Notes: generated from the letters alone by a model not told the origin. Positions 46,919-56,519 are shown, numbered from the stretch's first letter. The stretch: DNA of 64,000 bases from Thermoplasmata archaeon (GCA_038874435.1 JAVZCK010000009.1:22977-86976), one strand, 5' to 3'. Numbers and translations: made by a program.

Positions 46919-47758
46919 ATGCCCGCAGACCTCGACTACATCACGCTCATCAATCCGGTTTTCACGGATGTAGCATTTCACATACTTATCTCATTCGTTC
47001 TCGCCCTCATAATAAATGTGAAACTCAAACACAAGTACTGGCTATATATTACTGCGACTATCGGAATAAACGGCCTCATTGATTCAGACCACTTTATTTC
47101 CGCACTGTTGGGAGATGTGAACATTTTCCACAACATATTCGTGTTTGTGGTAATTCCGCTGGGTTTTTATGCACTTGCGTTCTTTTATGGGCAGAAGAAG
47201 GGAAAAGGTGTTTATCCAGCAATAGCTCTGATGGTGTTTGCAATAACTCTTTCCCACATGTATCTAGATGTGGCTGCAGGCACCCCAATCTTTCTTCAAT
47301 ACCCTATTTCTACGACAAAATTCATATTTAATCCCTCCCTGACAGTGAATTCTGGTTTTGTTGTCTTAAGAACTCAGGAAACAGCGCTGTTAATCCTCGG
47401 TCTCCTTGCCCTCGCCTTCAACAGAGTTGCAGCATATCACATGGGACACACTTTTGCGGAGGAGTCGAACCAGAGCAGTCAGAGGTTCAATGTATATACA
47501 CTGAGAAAGGTTGTGGATAGAAAGATGGTGCAAATTCTCTATCTGCTCACGATAAAGGTCCTGGCACCACACGAGATTACAGCAATCACAGGGATTCCGC
47601 TTACAGAGGTTTATAGGCGGATTCACATTCTGGTGCACCTGGGAATTGTGGAAGTAAAAGGAATCCGCTACATTAGGGGTAGGAGAATACAGTTCTTCAG
47701 TGTGGTGCCTGGAAGAGTTTATGTTCGAAATGGGGAGATTTATCTTCTCACCCCCTAA
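46919..47758 (+). CDS. Membrane protein (YdjM/DUF457-like metal-dependent hydrolase fold?) with C-terminal winged-helix domain
   Basis: ORF 46910 starts at GTG; ATG 46919 is preceded by GGGGTGAT. About 5 TM helices with a DSDHF motif. The C-terminal segment VQILYLLTIKVLAPHEITAITGIPLTEVYRRIHILVHLGIVEV looks like an ArsR-type wHTH. Confidence 0.5.
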   Translation: MPADLDYITLINPVFTDVAFHILISFVLALIINVKLKHKYWLYITATIGINGLIDSDHFISALLGDVNIFHNIFVFVVIPLGFYALAFFYGQKKGKGVYPAIALMVFAITLSHMYLDVAAGTPIFLQYPISTTKFIFNPSLTVNSGFVVLRTQETALLILGLLALAFNRVAAYHMGHTFAEESNQSSQRFNVYTLRKVVDRKMVQILYLLTIKVLAPHEITAITGIPLTEVYRRIHILVHLGIVEVKGIRYIRGRRIQFFSVVPGRVYVRNGEIYLLTP

Positions 47759-47768
47759 ATTTTTTTAT
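47759..47768 (+). terminator. Oligo-T tract immediately after the stop codon (archaeal-type terminator candidate)
   Basis: TAA at 47756..47758 is followed by A then TTTTTTT (47760..47766). Confidence 0.3.
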
Positions 47769-47882
47769 ACGAATAGAGCGTTGGCAAAAATCCCCTATAA
47801 GTTTTGCGAGGCGGTTGGTGTAAAGAATAAATACCAAAAGTGATATTCCCTTAATTAGGTAGAAACATATACTCAACCCAAT

Positions 47883-47970
47883 GCAGGGGTAGTCAAGCTT
47901 GGTCAAAGGCGCCAGAATGAGGGTCTGGTCCCATAGGGGTCCGTGAGTTCAAATCTCACCCCCTGCACCA
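47883..47970 (+). tRNA. tRNA-Leu (anticodon GAG) with encoded 3' CCA
   Basis: Hand fold. Acceptor GCAGGGG/CCCCTGC, anticodon stem CCAGA/TCTGG with loop ATGAGGG, long variable arm TCCCATAGGGGTC, T arm GTGAG-TTCAAAT-CTCAC, discriminator A, then CCA at 47968..47970. Confidence 0.88.
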
Positions 47971-48017
47971 GTATGTTTCTCATTTTAATACTTTATTAGT
48001 GTGCTGTTATACTGAAA

Positions 48018-48590
48018 CTATTTCACCAGCAGAAAATAAAGATATTTTACGAACTGGTTGAGGAGAAGCCCATGGTCCCAGTACATCACCCTGTTGCCAG
48101 AAGTGGTTCTCTCAATCTTTGGAATTTTGTTGTAGAGGTATCTATTCCGTCCCTCAGTGAAGTTCAATCCGTCTAGTGTAAAAATCATCCATGGGTCTCC
48201 GTCTATGTTTTCGTCTTTCAAGCGATAAGCGTAAAGGGGAATTAGGTTTGAGTTTCTGCACATTCTTTCCATTTCCTCTGCTTGCTCTCTTGCTCTTCCT
48301 GATTGGGCAGTGAAAAGAAAGGTTTTCTGGCTTGAGGACTTTACCTCAACTGGAAAGGAGAATTCACCCCGCACAGCCACCAAATCTATTCCAAAAGAGC
48401 CAGCAGCTCGCAGCACCACAAACGGAATTTTTTTCAGAAGGAGATAATTTGCTCTAGTTTCGTATCCACATCTCTTTGAAATTTTTTCCATCTCCTTTTC
48501 ATCTGCTTCGAAAATTCGCTTTAGTTCCCGCTCGTATATACTGCCCCGCACAGACATACAGAAGCCACTTGTGTAGATATGTCTTTCCAT
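48018..48590 (-). CDS. Hjc-family Holliday-junction-resolvase-like nuclease with internal insert and C-terminal extension
   Basis: ORF 48018..48629 starts at TTG; ATG candidates are 48590 and 48557. GSIYERELK ... VVLRAAGSFGIDLVAVRG..FPVEVKSSS reproduces the Hjc E / SxGS-xDLVA / ExK catalytic pattern. About 60 extra C-terminal residues. Confidence 0.6.
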   Translation of the reverse strand: MERHIYTSGFCMSVRGSIYERELKRIFEADEKEMEKISKRCGYETRANYLLLKKIPFVVLRAAGSFGIDLVAVRGEFSFPVEVKSSSQKTFLFTAQSGRAREQAEEMERMCRNSNLIPLYAYRLKDENIDGDPWMIFTLDGLNFTEGRNRYLYNKIPKIERTTSGNRVMYWDHGLLLNQFVKYLYFLLVK

Positions 48591-48658
48591 GCACTTTATA
48601 GTATCGTATTGTTCCTTGCATCTAAACAATTATATATTCTGTAGGAGTTATAAGAAGT

Positions 48659-49306
48659 GTGACGGTATATGCGACAATGTTGCCATTAGTTACAGCCCTT
48701 TTCGGGCTTGCATGTGGATTATTTATATGGATGAGTAAAAAAGTGGCAATAAGAAAACACCTACTTCTGTGGCTCTCTATCATACTCATATCACTATATG
48801 CATTTGGAGTTTTTATGGGGATGGCCGTAGGAAATATAACCTTATGGCAGGCAAGTATCGCATTTCTTTCTACAGCTCTTCTAACCGGAATGTTTTTCAC
48901 AATCCAGATTACGAGAGATATAAGAGAAGCTGACAGTGTATTTCTTTTCCTCTTTCTAATCTCAACGACAGGTGGGACGCTTTCAATAGAGAGTGCCATT
49001 GAGATATATGGTGTCTATCTACCAGTGGTTTCACCCATCCTGTTCGGAATTTTTCTAGTTTATGTAATCATTGCCTGGAGCGAGGTACTATACAATTTGA
49101 TAATCGTAAGAATTGCAAGTAGGAAAATGGAGTTGAAAAAGTATCGTTTGAAGTTGAATTATCTATTTGTTGGCTTAAACCTAAACTTTGTGTTACTCAG
49201 CATAGACGCTGTTTTTGTTTATGCAGATGTATTAATTGTGCCAGTTATGGCTGTCTTGGGAACTCTTCCGATTCTATTCCTATCATTTTTCGTGTTTGAA
49301 CGCTGA
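48659..49306 (+). CDS. Polytopic membrane protein, unknown function
   Basis: ORF track, 215 aa (GTG start; ATG at 48677). 6-7 hydrophobic helices. The overlapping minus ORF 48622..48999 is judged spurious. Confidence 0.55.
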   Translation: MTVYATMLPLVTALFGLACGLFIWMSKKVAIRKHLLLWLSIILISLYAFGVFMGMAVGNITLWQASIAFLSTALLTGMFFTIQITRDIREADSVFLFLFLISTTGGTLSIESAIEIYGVYLPVVSPILFGIFLVYVIIAWSEVLYNLIIVRIASRKMELKKYRLKLNYLFVGLNLNFVLLSIDAVFVYADVLIVPVMAVLGTLPILFLSFFVFER

Positions 49307-49364
49307 AAATGATTAAGCGGAAAAATGGAATGATTTTTATTAACCAATGCATTTCACCTTATAA

Positions 49365-52352
49365 ATGGCGGAGTTTCCTCTCGTGGATAGGCACAAAGAG
49401 CTTACGTTTCTGACAGAGCGGCTGAAGAGGGTAGAAGATGGCGATGGCTGTGCAGTTCTTTTGAAAGGAGATACAGGGACTGGTAAAACTAGATTATGCC
49501 AGGAACTTCTTATGCTTGCATATGACAAGGGTTTCAGTACATTATCTGGTTGGTGCATATCACAGAGCGTCCAGCCCCTAATTGCTTTTGAAGATGCACT
49601 AAAAGGAGTTGGTCTTCAGCATCTAATTGAGGAAGGAAAGCCTCCGAAAATTGAAGGTATTTATTTTTTTAACGCAAATAATTTGATCTGGAGCATTGAG
49701 CGGGAGCGTATCAAGGCAGAGGAAGTGAGCTATGAGAAAGTTAGGAGTTTTGTTTTCAGGGAGGCGGAGAAGCCAGTTGATGGTGAAGAAGGGTCTGTTA
49801 GAATAACAAGATATGGAAATTATGAGGCAATACACATGAACCACGGAGATCTAAACCTGTGTGTTATCACATATGGAAGGGTGAGGGAGACCCTCGTTCG
49901 TGACCTTCAAGGAATTTTAATAAGGAATCAGGTAGGGGAGCATGAAGCAATTAAATCTGAATGTGGAAACTTGATGAGGTCAGGAAAATATGATGGAATT
50001 GACTGGGCTCAAGGCATACATGACGCAAAAAAGCTGAATCTATTTGAGAATCTGTTACTCGGGCTAAAGAGATATGCGGAAAAACAGCCAGTCGTATTGT
50101 TTATAGATGACCTTCATCTTGCAGATACAGCTACAATTGAACTTTTCCTTTACATTGCTAGAAACATCAAAAAAGCAAAAATATTGCTCTTGGGAACTCT
50201 AAATACTGAGAGCGGTGTAATCCCTGAGAACTGGAAAGAGATTCTCCATCAGATTGAGTTGGAGCAAATTATAGAGACACTTGTTTTGAAGAATCTTTCT
50301 CCAGAAGAAGTAGGAGAGATTTTTTGCATGGTGACAGGCATAAAGTTATCGTATGAGCTTGAGCGTCTAATTTACGAAGTTACGGGTGGGAACCCATTGT
50401 TTGTCGCAGAATATCTTCAGCATCTCAAGCGTAGTTATACTTTCAGAACTGAGCAGGACATGATAAAAATTCTGAAATCTGGGAAACTCCCAGAAACCCT
50501 TTCTAACCTCGTGCTTACAAAATTTGAGAAGCTGCCAAAAATTGAACGGGATGTTTGCATCACCATTTCAGTTCTGAGGTTTGCAGAACCACAGCTTTTG
50601 TCAAGTATCTGTGGCATTCCAGCAAAAGATGTTTCTCATGTGCTTTGTAATCTCCAGGAGCGAGGGATTCTAGCAATGCAGGGCACCTTCTGGAAGTTTG
50701 TAAACTCAACGTTTTCAGAGGCAATCTATACAATGCTCAGTAACACGAGAAGGGTTTACCTCCATCGGAAAGCCCTAGCAAATTTGTTAGCTGACTACAG
50801 CACTGATGAAAGATTTTTTGGAGAAATTCTGAGGCACGGCTTGATTTTGAATAACAAAGAAGTGGTTCAGGAGTATGGAATGAAAGCTGGTGATGCAGCA
50901 ATGTCAAGGTACTCCGTAAATGAGGCCATAGAAAATTACATGGCGGCGATAAATGCGGCGGATGAAGAAAAAAGAAAGAAGTTTCTCCCAAAAGTGCTGA
51001 AAGCTCTTGAAATCGTGTCAAGACATGATGAATGCATAGGACTGATAGATAAAGCATTGAAGAGTGCCAAAGAGCCAAAAGAGAGAGCCGAGTTGTTTCG
51101 CAGAAAGGCGGAGGTTTTGATAAAGAAGGGAGAGTACACCGAGGGAATGGCATGTGCGAGGGAAGCGTTGCAAATCCTTCAGGCCGGAAAAGAACAATGT
51201 GAGGATGAAGACCTAGCAAAAGTTTATAGTGTGATTGGCGTTCTTTACGAGAGAAAGGGGGGATATACAGACGCAATGCGATGGGAAGGCAAAGCTCTTC
51301 AGATTCTTGAAAAACTGGAGGGCACGGAAAGCACCCTCTCTTTTGTTTACAATAGAATGGGCGTAGTGTGTTGGCATATAGGTGACTACAAAACAAGTGA
51401 ACTCTACTATAAAAAAAGCTTGGAAATTGCTCAGAAGAAAAATGATCTAGTAGCTATATCAAGATGTTATAACAATCTGGGCGTGCTTTACCGAAACAAA
51501 GGTGAGTTGGGGAGAGCCCTTGAATTTTATCTCAAAAGTTTGGAAATTGACGAAAAAATTGGAGATAGATGGGGAATTGCAGGCACATGCAATAACATTG
51601 GAGTAGTGTATCATGAGATGGGAAATATTCCCGAATCATTGGAATACTACAATCGTGCCCTTGAAATAGAGAGAGAGGTGGGAGACCTCTGGGGCATTGC
51701 CCTCCTCAATAATAATCTTGGCATTGGATACTTTGAAATGGGAATTTTGGACAAATCTTTAGAGCATTACAAAACTGCATTGACCATTTATGAGAGAGTT
51801 GGTGATTCCAAAGGCACTGCCATTGTTTACAACAACATTGGTGATGTCTACAGCATGTATGGCGACTATGAAACTGCTAGAGAATACTACAACAAAAGTG
51901 TGGAGATGTGCAGAAGAATTGGGGCGATAGATTATCTATTTAACCCAATTCATGGCCTTGTAGAAATCTCACTTTCTCCTTCTGCTATGCCGTATTGTGA
52001 AGAAAAGCTGAGGGAGTTGCAGGAGATTGCTGAAAAGTTATCAGATAGGAAAAAAATTACAATGGTAAAAGCGATGAAAGCCAGAGTGGAGACAGTGAAG
52101 GGCAATATACATGAGGCAAAAAGGTTGTTTCAAGATGCAGAGAGAAATTTTGAGGAGTGTGGAGAACTCATAGACCTGGCAAAGGTGCGGTATTACTATG
52201 GGATTTTTGAAATAAAAGTTGGAGAAAAAGAGGAAGCAAGAAAATTGCTTCGGGCTGCTGAAAAAATGTTCTCAAAATTTAATATGGCTGGCTGGAGGCA
52301 ACGCGCAGAGTTAGCTTTGGGAGCGATCGATGGTGAATCCCTCAGGGATTAG
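49365..52352 (+). CDS. STAND-class P-loop NTPase (AAA_16-like) with TPR array, paralog 2 (carries a ~110-aa insert between Walker A and B)
   Basis: ORF track, 995 aa. LVDRHKELTFL, Walker A GDTGTGKT, Walker B VLFIDDLHLADTAT. Canonical TPR units (YNNLGVLYRNKGELGRALEFYLKSLEI, etc.). Confidence 0.8.
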   Translation: MAEFPLVDRHKELTFLTERLKRVEDGDGCAVLLKGDTGTGKTRLCQELLMLAYDKGFSTLSGWCISQSVQPLIAFEDALKGVGLQHLIEEGKPPKIEGIYFFNANNLIWSIERERIKAEEVSYEKVRSFVFREAEKPVDGEEGSVRITRYGNYEAIHMNHGDLNLCVITYGRVRETLVRDLQGILIRNQVGEHEAIKSECGNLMRSGKYDGIDWAQGIHDAKKLNLFENLLLGLKRYAEKQPVVLFIDDLHLADTATIELFLYIARNIKKAKILLLGTLNTESGVIPENWKEILHQIELEQIIETLVLKNLSPEEVGEIFCMVTGIKLSYELERLIYEVTGGNPLFVAEYLQHLKRSYTFRTEQDMIKILKSGKLPETLSNLVLTKFEKLPKIERDVCITISVLRFAEPQLLSSICGIPAKDVSHVLCNLQERGILAMQGTFWKFVNSTFSEAIYTMLSNTRRVYLHRKALANLLADYSTDERFFGEILRHGLILNNKEVVQEYGMKAGDAAMSRYSVNEAIENYMAAINAADEEKRKKFLPKVLKALEIVSRHDECIGLIDKALKSAKEPKERAELFRRKAEVLIKKGEYTEGMACAREALQILQAGKEQCEDEDLAKVYSVIGVLYERKGGYTDAMRWEGKALQILEKLEGTESTLSFVYNRMGVVCWHIGDYKTSELYYKKSLEIAQKKNDLVAISRCYNNLGVLYRNKGELGRALEFYLKSLEIDEKIGDRWGIAGTCNNIGVVYHEMGNIPESLEYYNRALEIEREVGDLWGIALLNNNLGIGYFEMGILDKSLEHYKTALTIYERVGDSKGTAIVYNNIGDVYSMYGDYETAREYYNKSVEMCRRIGAIDYLFNPIHGLVEISLSPSAMPYCEEKLRELQEIAEKLSDRKKITMVKAMKARVETVKGNIHEAKRLFQDAERNFEECGELIDLAKVRYYYGIFEIKVGEKEEARKLLRAAEKMFSKFNMAGWRQRAELALGAIDGESLRD

Positions 52353-52715
52353 TTCCGAGATTTTTTTCACAACTACCTTTCTGTTCTTTAAATATATCAC
52401 ATCAATGTCTGGGCCAAACTCATAGATGAATTGTCTGCAGGCGCCACATGGAGTAACTTCTACATTTCCAACAACTGCGATTGCCACGAATTTCCTTTTA
52501 CCTTCGCTCACGGCTTTAGTAATCGCCACTCTCTCTGCACAGATAGTCAATCCATAGGAAGCGTTTTCCACATTTGCACCAGTATAAATCATTCCATCAG
52601 CAGTGAGGAGTGCAGCACCCACCGGGAATTTAGAGTAGGGCGCATAGGTATTTGCCATTGCATCTTTCGCAAAATCCAGCAGTCGCATGTAATCCTTTCG
52701 CATCTTTTTTAACAA
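52311..52715 (-). CDS. cdd: Cytidine deaminase (homotetrameric Cdd type)
   Basis: ORF track, 134 aa. YAPYSKFPVGAALL, CAERVAI and PCGACRQ zinc-ligand motifs. The true start may be an internal Met (MRLLDFAKDA). Confidence 0.85.
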   Translation of the reverse strand: MLKKMRKDYMRLLDFAKDAMANTYAPYSKFPVGAALLTADGMIYTGANVENASYGLTICAERVAITKAVSEGKRKFVAIAVVGNVEVTPCGACRQFIYEFGPDIDVIYLKNRKVVVKKISELIPEGFTIDRSQS

Positions 52716-52737
52716 TGCAAGCGCATAGATAAAGGTT

Positions 52738-55266
52738 TCAGATGCTCTGAAGCAACTCCTTTATCTTGTTCTTCCAGACCTCAGAACCAATTTTCTCACT
52801 AACTGCCAGAGCTCGCTCGAGACATTCGCGTGCCTTCTCCATCTCTCCAGCTCTAATGTACATCTTTCCCAAAGAGGTAAGGGCACTCGCAAGATCTCCT
52901 AGTTTTTCTTGTGTCTCAAAGTAATCAATCACATCAAGGAAGAATTCTTCTGCAATCGAATAATTTTTAGCATAAGTGAGAATCCTTGCCTTCATCATTT
53001 TTATCACAGCTAAATCATCGCTATTTTGGCTATGAATGAATTTTCGCAATACCCTATCAATCTCCTCTTCAGCTTCTTTCACATCTCCTAACGCTGCTAA
53101 CATGCATGCTTTACCAGCTGCAGCACATCCCGCCATACTCAGTTCTCCAATCTCTGCAAATACTGCTTCCGCCCGTGTGTAATAGTCCAGTGCTTTCTGG
53201 TTTTCACCCATTTCGTCGTAAATTGTGCCAATGTTGTAGAGTCCATAGCCAGTGCCGCTTCTATCCCCTATTTTTGTGGTGTATTCTACCTCCTTTTTGA
53301 AATATTCAATTGCCTGATTGTACTCCCCTCTTGCCCAGTGTACAATGCCAATGTTGTTAATCACAATAGAAAGTCCATACACGTCTCCGATTTTGTGGTA
53401 AATTTTCTCCGCAGAAAGCAGGTACGGTAGGCCTTTCTCAGGGTGTCCTGTGTTTAGGTAGAAGAGTCCAAGTCCATTACATGAACTTGCAATCTCTCGC
53501 ACATTTTTGAGTTCTTCCCGAAGCTTATAAGCTTCCAGAAGATTTTTCTCCGCTTCTTTGTAGTTCCCCATCTGCTGCAATAAGACCCCAGTGGAGTTCA
53601 GAATATCGGCTCTCAACTTTTTGTTATCTAAACCTTTCACAATTTCGCTTGCCTTGGAATATTTTTCCAGTGCTTGCTCAAGCTTTCCCCACTTAAAATA
53701 CACACTTCCTTCCACAAACAACGCTTCTGCTTTAACATCTAGATTCTCCAATGCAGATGATGGGATTTTTTTCAAAAGAGATAGTGCATCTTCATACCTC
53801 GCCATCTTCACATAGTCGTTGGCAAGATGGAAAATTATCTCAGCAACATCCTTATCATCAAATGTGAGTGCGAGTGCTTTTTCATAATATTCAATTCCTT
53901 TCTGGAAGTCAGAAATTACCGAAAATGCATAACCAAGAGTTTTGTATATCTTGGCCTTTAGTCCATCAGCTACCCCTAATTTCTCTCCATATTCAAGTGC
54001 ATACTGGGCATTTCTAAGACAGTCCTCAATTGTAAAATTTCTAAGATAGTACACTGCACTTTTCAAGTAATATTCAGCGCACTCAGGTAACCCTGCAATG
54101 CTTAGATGTCTTCCAATCTCTTCGAAAAACTCTTCCCTATTTTTGGTTTTAATTAAATATTCCGCCATTCTTTTGTGGACTTCAGAGGCTTTGGTTTTTG
54201 GAACCATTGAGTAGAGTGTCTCGTATACTGGATTGTTAAGAAACAGGTATCGTTCCTCCGTACCCACTTTCTCTACGAGGAATCCCATCGCAATCATCTT
54301 TTCAATGCACTCGAGAATAACCTCTTCCTCCAGACCGATTACTGCACAAGCGTCTTCGTATGCGAATTCTCTGCCGAGAATTGAAAGGAGACACATCGTC
54401 TCTCTCATATCTTTATCTAGGGCTTTTATTCTCTTCTGGTACGCGGCACTGAGGGACAGAGGGATTGTGACTCGCTCTAGCATTTCAATTTTGGCGGCCT
54501 TCTCCTTGAGTGTTTCCATAATCTCCAAAATAAAAAGGGGATTACCAGAGGTCTTTTCATGTATTTTTCTCAGAATCTTGTCGGATAAATCCATGTTCAA
54601 TGTTCCCTTTATCAGAAGGACTGTATCTTGTGCAGAGAGGGGCTTCAAACTCAGAATTTTCAAAACTTTCTCCACATTCATTGTTTTCACTGTGTTATCA
54701 AGGAACTCGTTTGTTTCTTCTACTTCAGATGCAGTTGCCACAAACATGATTCTTGTTTTTCCGATGTTCCTTGCAAGGTAATGGAAGAAGGAAATTGTGC
54801 CACTGTCTGCCCATTGTAAGTCATCAACTAGCACGCAAATGGGAGAGGACCTCGAGAGTTCTACTAGATTACTATAGAGTTGCTCAAACACTCTATACTG
54901 TTCGGAAACAATTCTTTCCCGCTCCACTTTCTCTGCAGTTTCAAATGCAAGTCCTAGGGGGAGCAAGCCACCAGTATCCGAATTAGCAAGGAGTGTGTCA
55001 TATCCTTTCATCACCAATGACTTCACAGTCCCAAAAGGCATTTTATTTTCAGGCGTGCATTTTTCTTGAATGACACTGATACCCTGCTCTGTGGCAATTC
55101 TGCCTGCTTCTTCTAGCAATCGTGTTTTTCCAATACCTGGTTCACCTGTGATAAGAATGGCAAATCCTTCGTTTCTTTCCTTTAGGTTTTTTACTGCGCT
55201 ATTTATCTCCGCAATTTCTTTTTTTCTGTTAACGAATAATGCCTGCACGATTGCACATATGCACAT
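52738..55266 (-). CDS. STAND-class P-loop NTPase (AAA_16-like) with TPR array, paralog 3
   Basis: ORF track, 842 aa. FVNRKKEIAEI, Walker A GEPGIGKT, Walker B CVLVDDLQWADSGT, C-terminal TPR units. Confidence 0.8.
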   Translation of the reverse strand: MCICAIVQALFVNRKKEIAEINSAVKNLKERNEGFAILITGEPGIGKTRLLEEAGRIATEQGISVIQEKCTPENKMPFGTVKSLVMKGYDTLLANSDTGGLLPLGLAFETAEKVERERIVSEQYRVFEQLYSNLVELSRSSPICVLVDDLQWADSGTISFFHYLARNIGKTRIMFVATASEVEETNEFLDNTVKTMNVEKVLKILSLKPLSAQDTVLLIKGTLNMDLSDKILRKIHEKTSGNPLFILEIMETLKEKAAKIEMLERVTIPLSLSAAYQKRIKALDKDMRETMCLLSILGREFAYEDACAVIGLEEEVILECIEKMIAMGFLVEKVGTEERYLFLNNPVYETLYSMVPKTKASEVHKRMAEYLIKTKNREEFFEEIGRHLSIAGLPECAEYYLKSAVYYLRNFTIEDCLRNAQYALEYGEKLGVADGLKAKIYKTLGYAFSVISDFQKGIEYYEKALALTFDDKDVAEIIFHLANDYVKMARYEDALSLLKKIPSSALENLDVKAEALFVEGSVYFKWGKLEQALEKYSKASEIVKGLDNKKLRADILNSTGVLLQQMGNYKEAEKNLLEAYKLREELKNVREIASSCNGLGLFYLNTGHPEKGLPYLLSAEKIYHKIGDVYGLSIVINNIGIVHWARGEYNQAIEYFKKEVEYTTKIGDRSGTGYGLYNIGTIYDEMGENQKALDYYTRAEAVFAEIGELSMAGCAAAGKACMLAALGDVKEAEEEIDRVLRKFIHSQNSDDLAVIKMMKARILTYAKNYSIAEEFFLDVIDYFETQEKLGDLASALTSLGKMYIRAGEMEKARECLERALAVSEKIGSEVWKNKIKELLQSI

Positions 55267-55338
55267 GGTTAAATAAGGTTATGGTTCCACAAACAAATCT
55301 TATGAAAAACATTTATACCTTCATCGTAATCCCCTCAT

Positions 55339-55689
55339 GTGCAGGGATTAAAGCCACCCGCGAGTTGCAGTGAGGTGCTCCGCTATATATTCAAATTAAG
55401 CTCGCTGGAATACGAGGTGTTGAAGCAACTTGTGAGGGCAGAGGCCAGAGGAATGACTGTTGAAGAACTTGCAAATGTGCTAGGCAAGCATCAGGCAACA
55501 GTCCACAGAGCACTAAGTCAGCTAATGGCAAAGGGGCTCTGCAAGAGAAAAACAGAGTATCTTCCAAAAGGGGGTTACTATTACAGATACTATGTACTCC
55601 CACCAGAACAGTTGAAAGCAATGATTGTTATGTGCATTGAAAAATGGTATAACGCTGCCAAAGAACAGGTAAACAAATTTGAGATTTAG
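55339..55689 (+). CDS. Winged-helix transcriptional regulator (TrmB/MarR-like)
   Basis: ORF track, 116 aa, GTG start. LEYEVLKQLVRAEARGMTVEELANVLGKHQATVHRALSQLMAKGL is an HTH pattern. Confidence 0.6.
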   Translation: MQGLKPPASCSEVLRYIFKLSSLEYEVLKQLVRAEARGMTVEELANVLGKHQATVHRALSQLMAKGLCKRKTEYLPKGGYYYRYYVLPPEQLKAMIVMCIEKWYNAAKEQVNKFEI

Positions 55690-55991
55690 TACTCACGCCA
55701 TTTATGTCCACATTTTGTGCATTGATATATCTTTGTTTCTGGCTCATCAGCAGCCCTTGTCTGTCTCAGAACCCAATATGCCTCCTTATTACCGCACTTC
55801 GGACACTCTGTGTCCGTGGTCTTTGGAAGCGTATCCAAGGGCTGGTCTATGATTGTGAGCTCTTTTGATTTTGAACGTGTTTCGAAGGTCTGGCTTTGTG
55901 AGGAATCAATAGGAACCTCGTTTTTGCATCGCCTGCACACCCATTTACCTGATGCTGGCACCATCAAGCTGCCGCATTTTGGACAGAACAT
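55686..55991 (-). CDS. tfs: Transcription factor S (TFS; RpoM/TFIIS-like cleavage factor)
   Basis: ORF 55686..56000 starts at GTG; ATG 55991 gives MFCPKCGSLM. C-terminal ribbon CPKCG...RQTRAADEPETKIYQCTKCGHKW with the acidic DE hairpin. Confidence 0.88.
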   Translation of the reverse strand: MFCPKCGSLMVPASGKWVCRRCKNEVPIDSSQSQTFETRSKSKELTIIDQPLDTLPKTTDTECPKCGNKEAYWVLRQTRAADEPETKIYQCTKCGHKWREY

Positions 55992-56065
55992 ATTAACCAC
56001 GCCTACCTCACAAAATCAGATAGTATATAAAGGTAGTTGTAGGTGTTGGGAGAACTAGAAATTGA

Positions 56066-56518
56066 ATGCAGGATATGGGAATTTGCTCTGATGCCTTTAT
56101 ATATCCCCTCTTCATCTCCCAAACCATGGTGAGAAATAAAGTAGCGATGGGTGTAGGAATTGCAGGAGGAGTATGCCTACTACTGGCAGGTGTTGGTGGA
56201 GTGGCTTATCTTGGCACAGTAAGAGACATTATACTGCAGGTGATAAACAACGAAATGATTGCTCTGGTATTTTCCATTCTGATTGCAATAGCTGCACTGG
56301 GTGGAATTGCAGTGATAATCGGTGCAGTGCTGATTGGGATTGAGCATCCGAAAATAGGAAAACTGTTTGTCTGGCTTGGCACAGGACTCGGAATAATCGC
56401 ACTTGTGTTCGGAATAATTTCGATTGCTGGCCAGCAGAGTGCAGTTACAATCGGTCCAACTACTCTTGCAATTGTCGGCACAGTTCTGGCAATGGTCTGC
56501 AAGTTTCTGGCAAAATAA
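56066..56518 (+). CDS. Small membrane protein, Gly/Ala/Ile-rich TM helices, unknown function
   Basis: ORF track, 150 aa, with 4 hydrophobic helices. The start may be the internal Met at 56126. Confidence 0.5.
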   Translation: MQDMGICSDAFIYPLFISQTMVRNKVAMGVGIAGGVCLLLAGVGGVAYLGTVRDIILQVINNEMIALVFSILIAIAALGGIAVIIGAVLIGIEHPKIGKLFVWLGTGLGIIALVFGIISIAGQQSAVTIGPTTLAIVGTVLAMVCKFLAK

Positions 56519-56519
56519 C

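Noticed and set aside
48622-48999. 125-aa minus-strand ORF overlapping the 215-aa membrane-protein ORF
   Set aside because: The plus-strand product has 6-7 regular TM helices and a TATA-like motif at a suitable distance upstream. The minus-strand product has no recognisable features and would overlap the Hjc-like gene's start region.
52311-52715. Cytidine deaminase as a defence effector (nucleotide-depletion type) partnered with the flanking STAND NTPases
   Set aside because: The protein is a short canonical homotetramer-type Cdd (CAE / PCGACRQ) with no extra domains, and most likely a pyrimidine-salvage housekeeping enzyme. The idea is kept only as a low-priority note in the findings.
47971-55300. 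Integrated mobile element or genomic island at tRNA-Leu
   Set aside because: No integrase or recombinase, no visible direct repeat of the tRNA 3' end, and no obvious compositional break by eye. The evidence is insufficient to call an island from this window alone.
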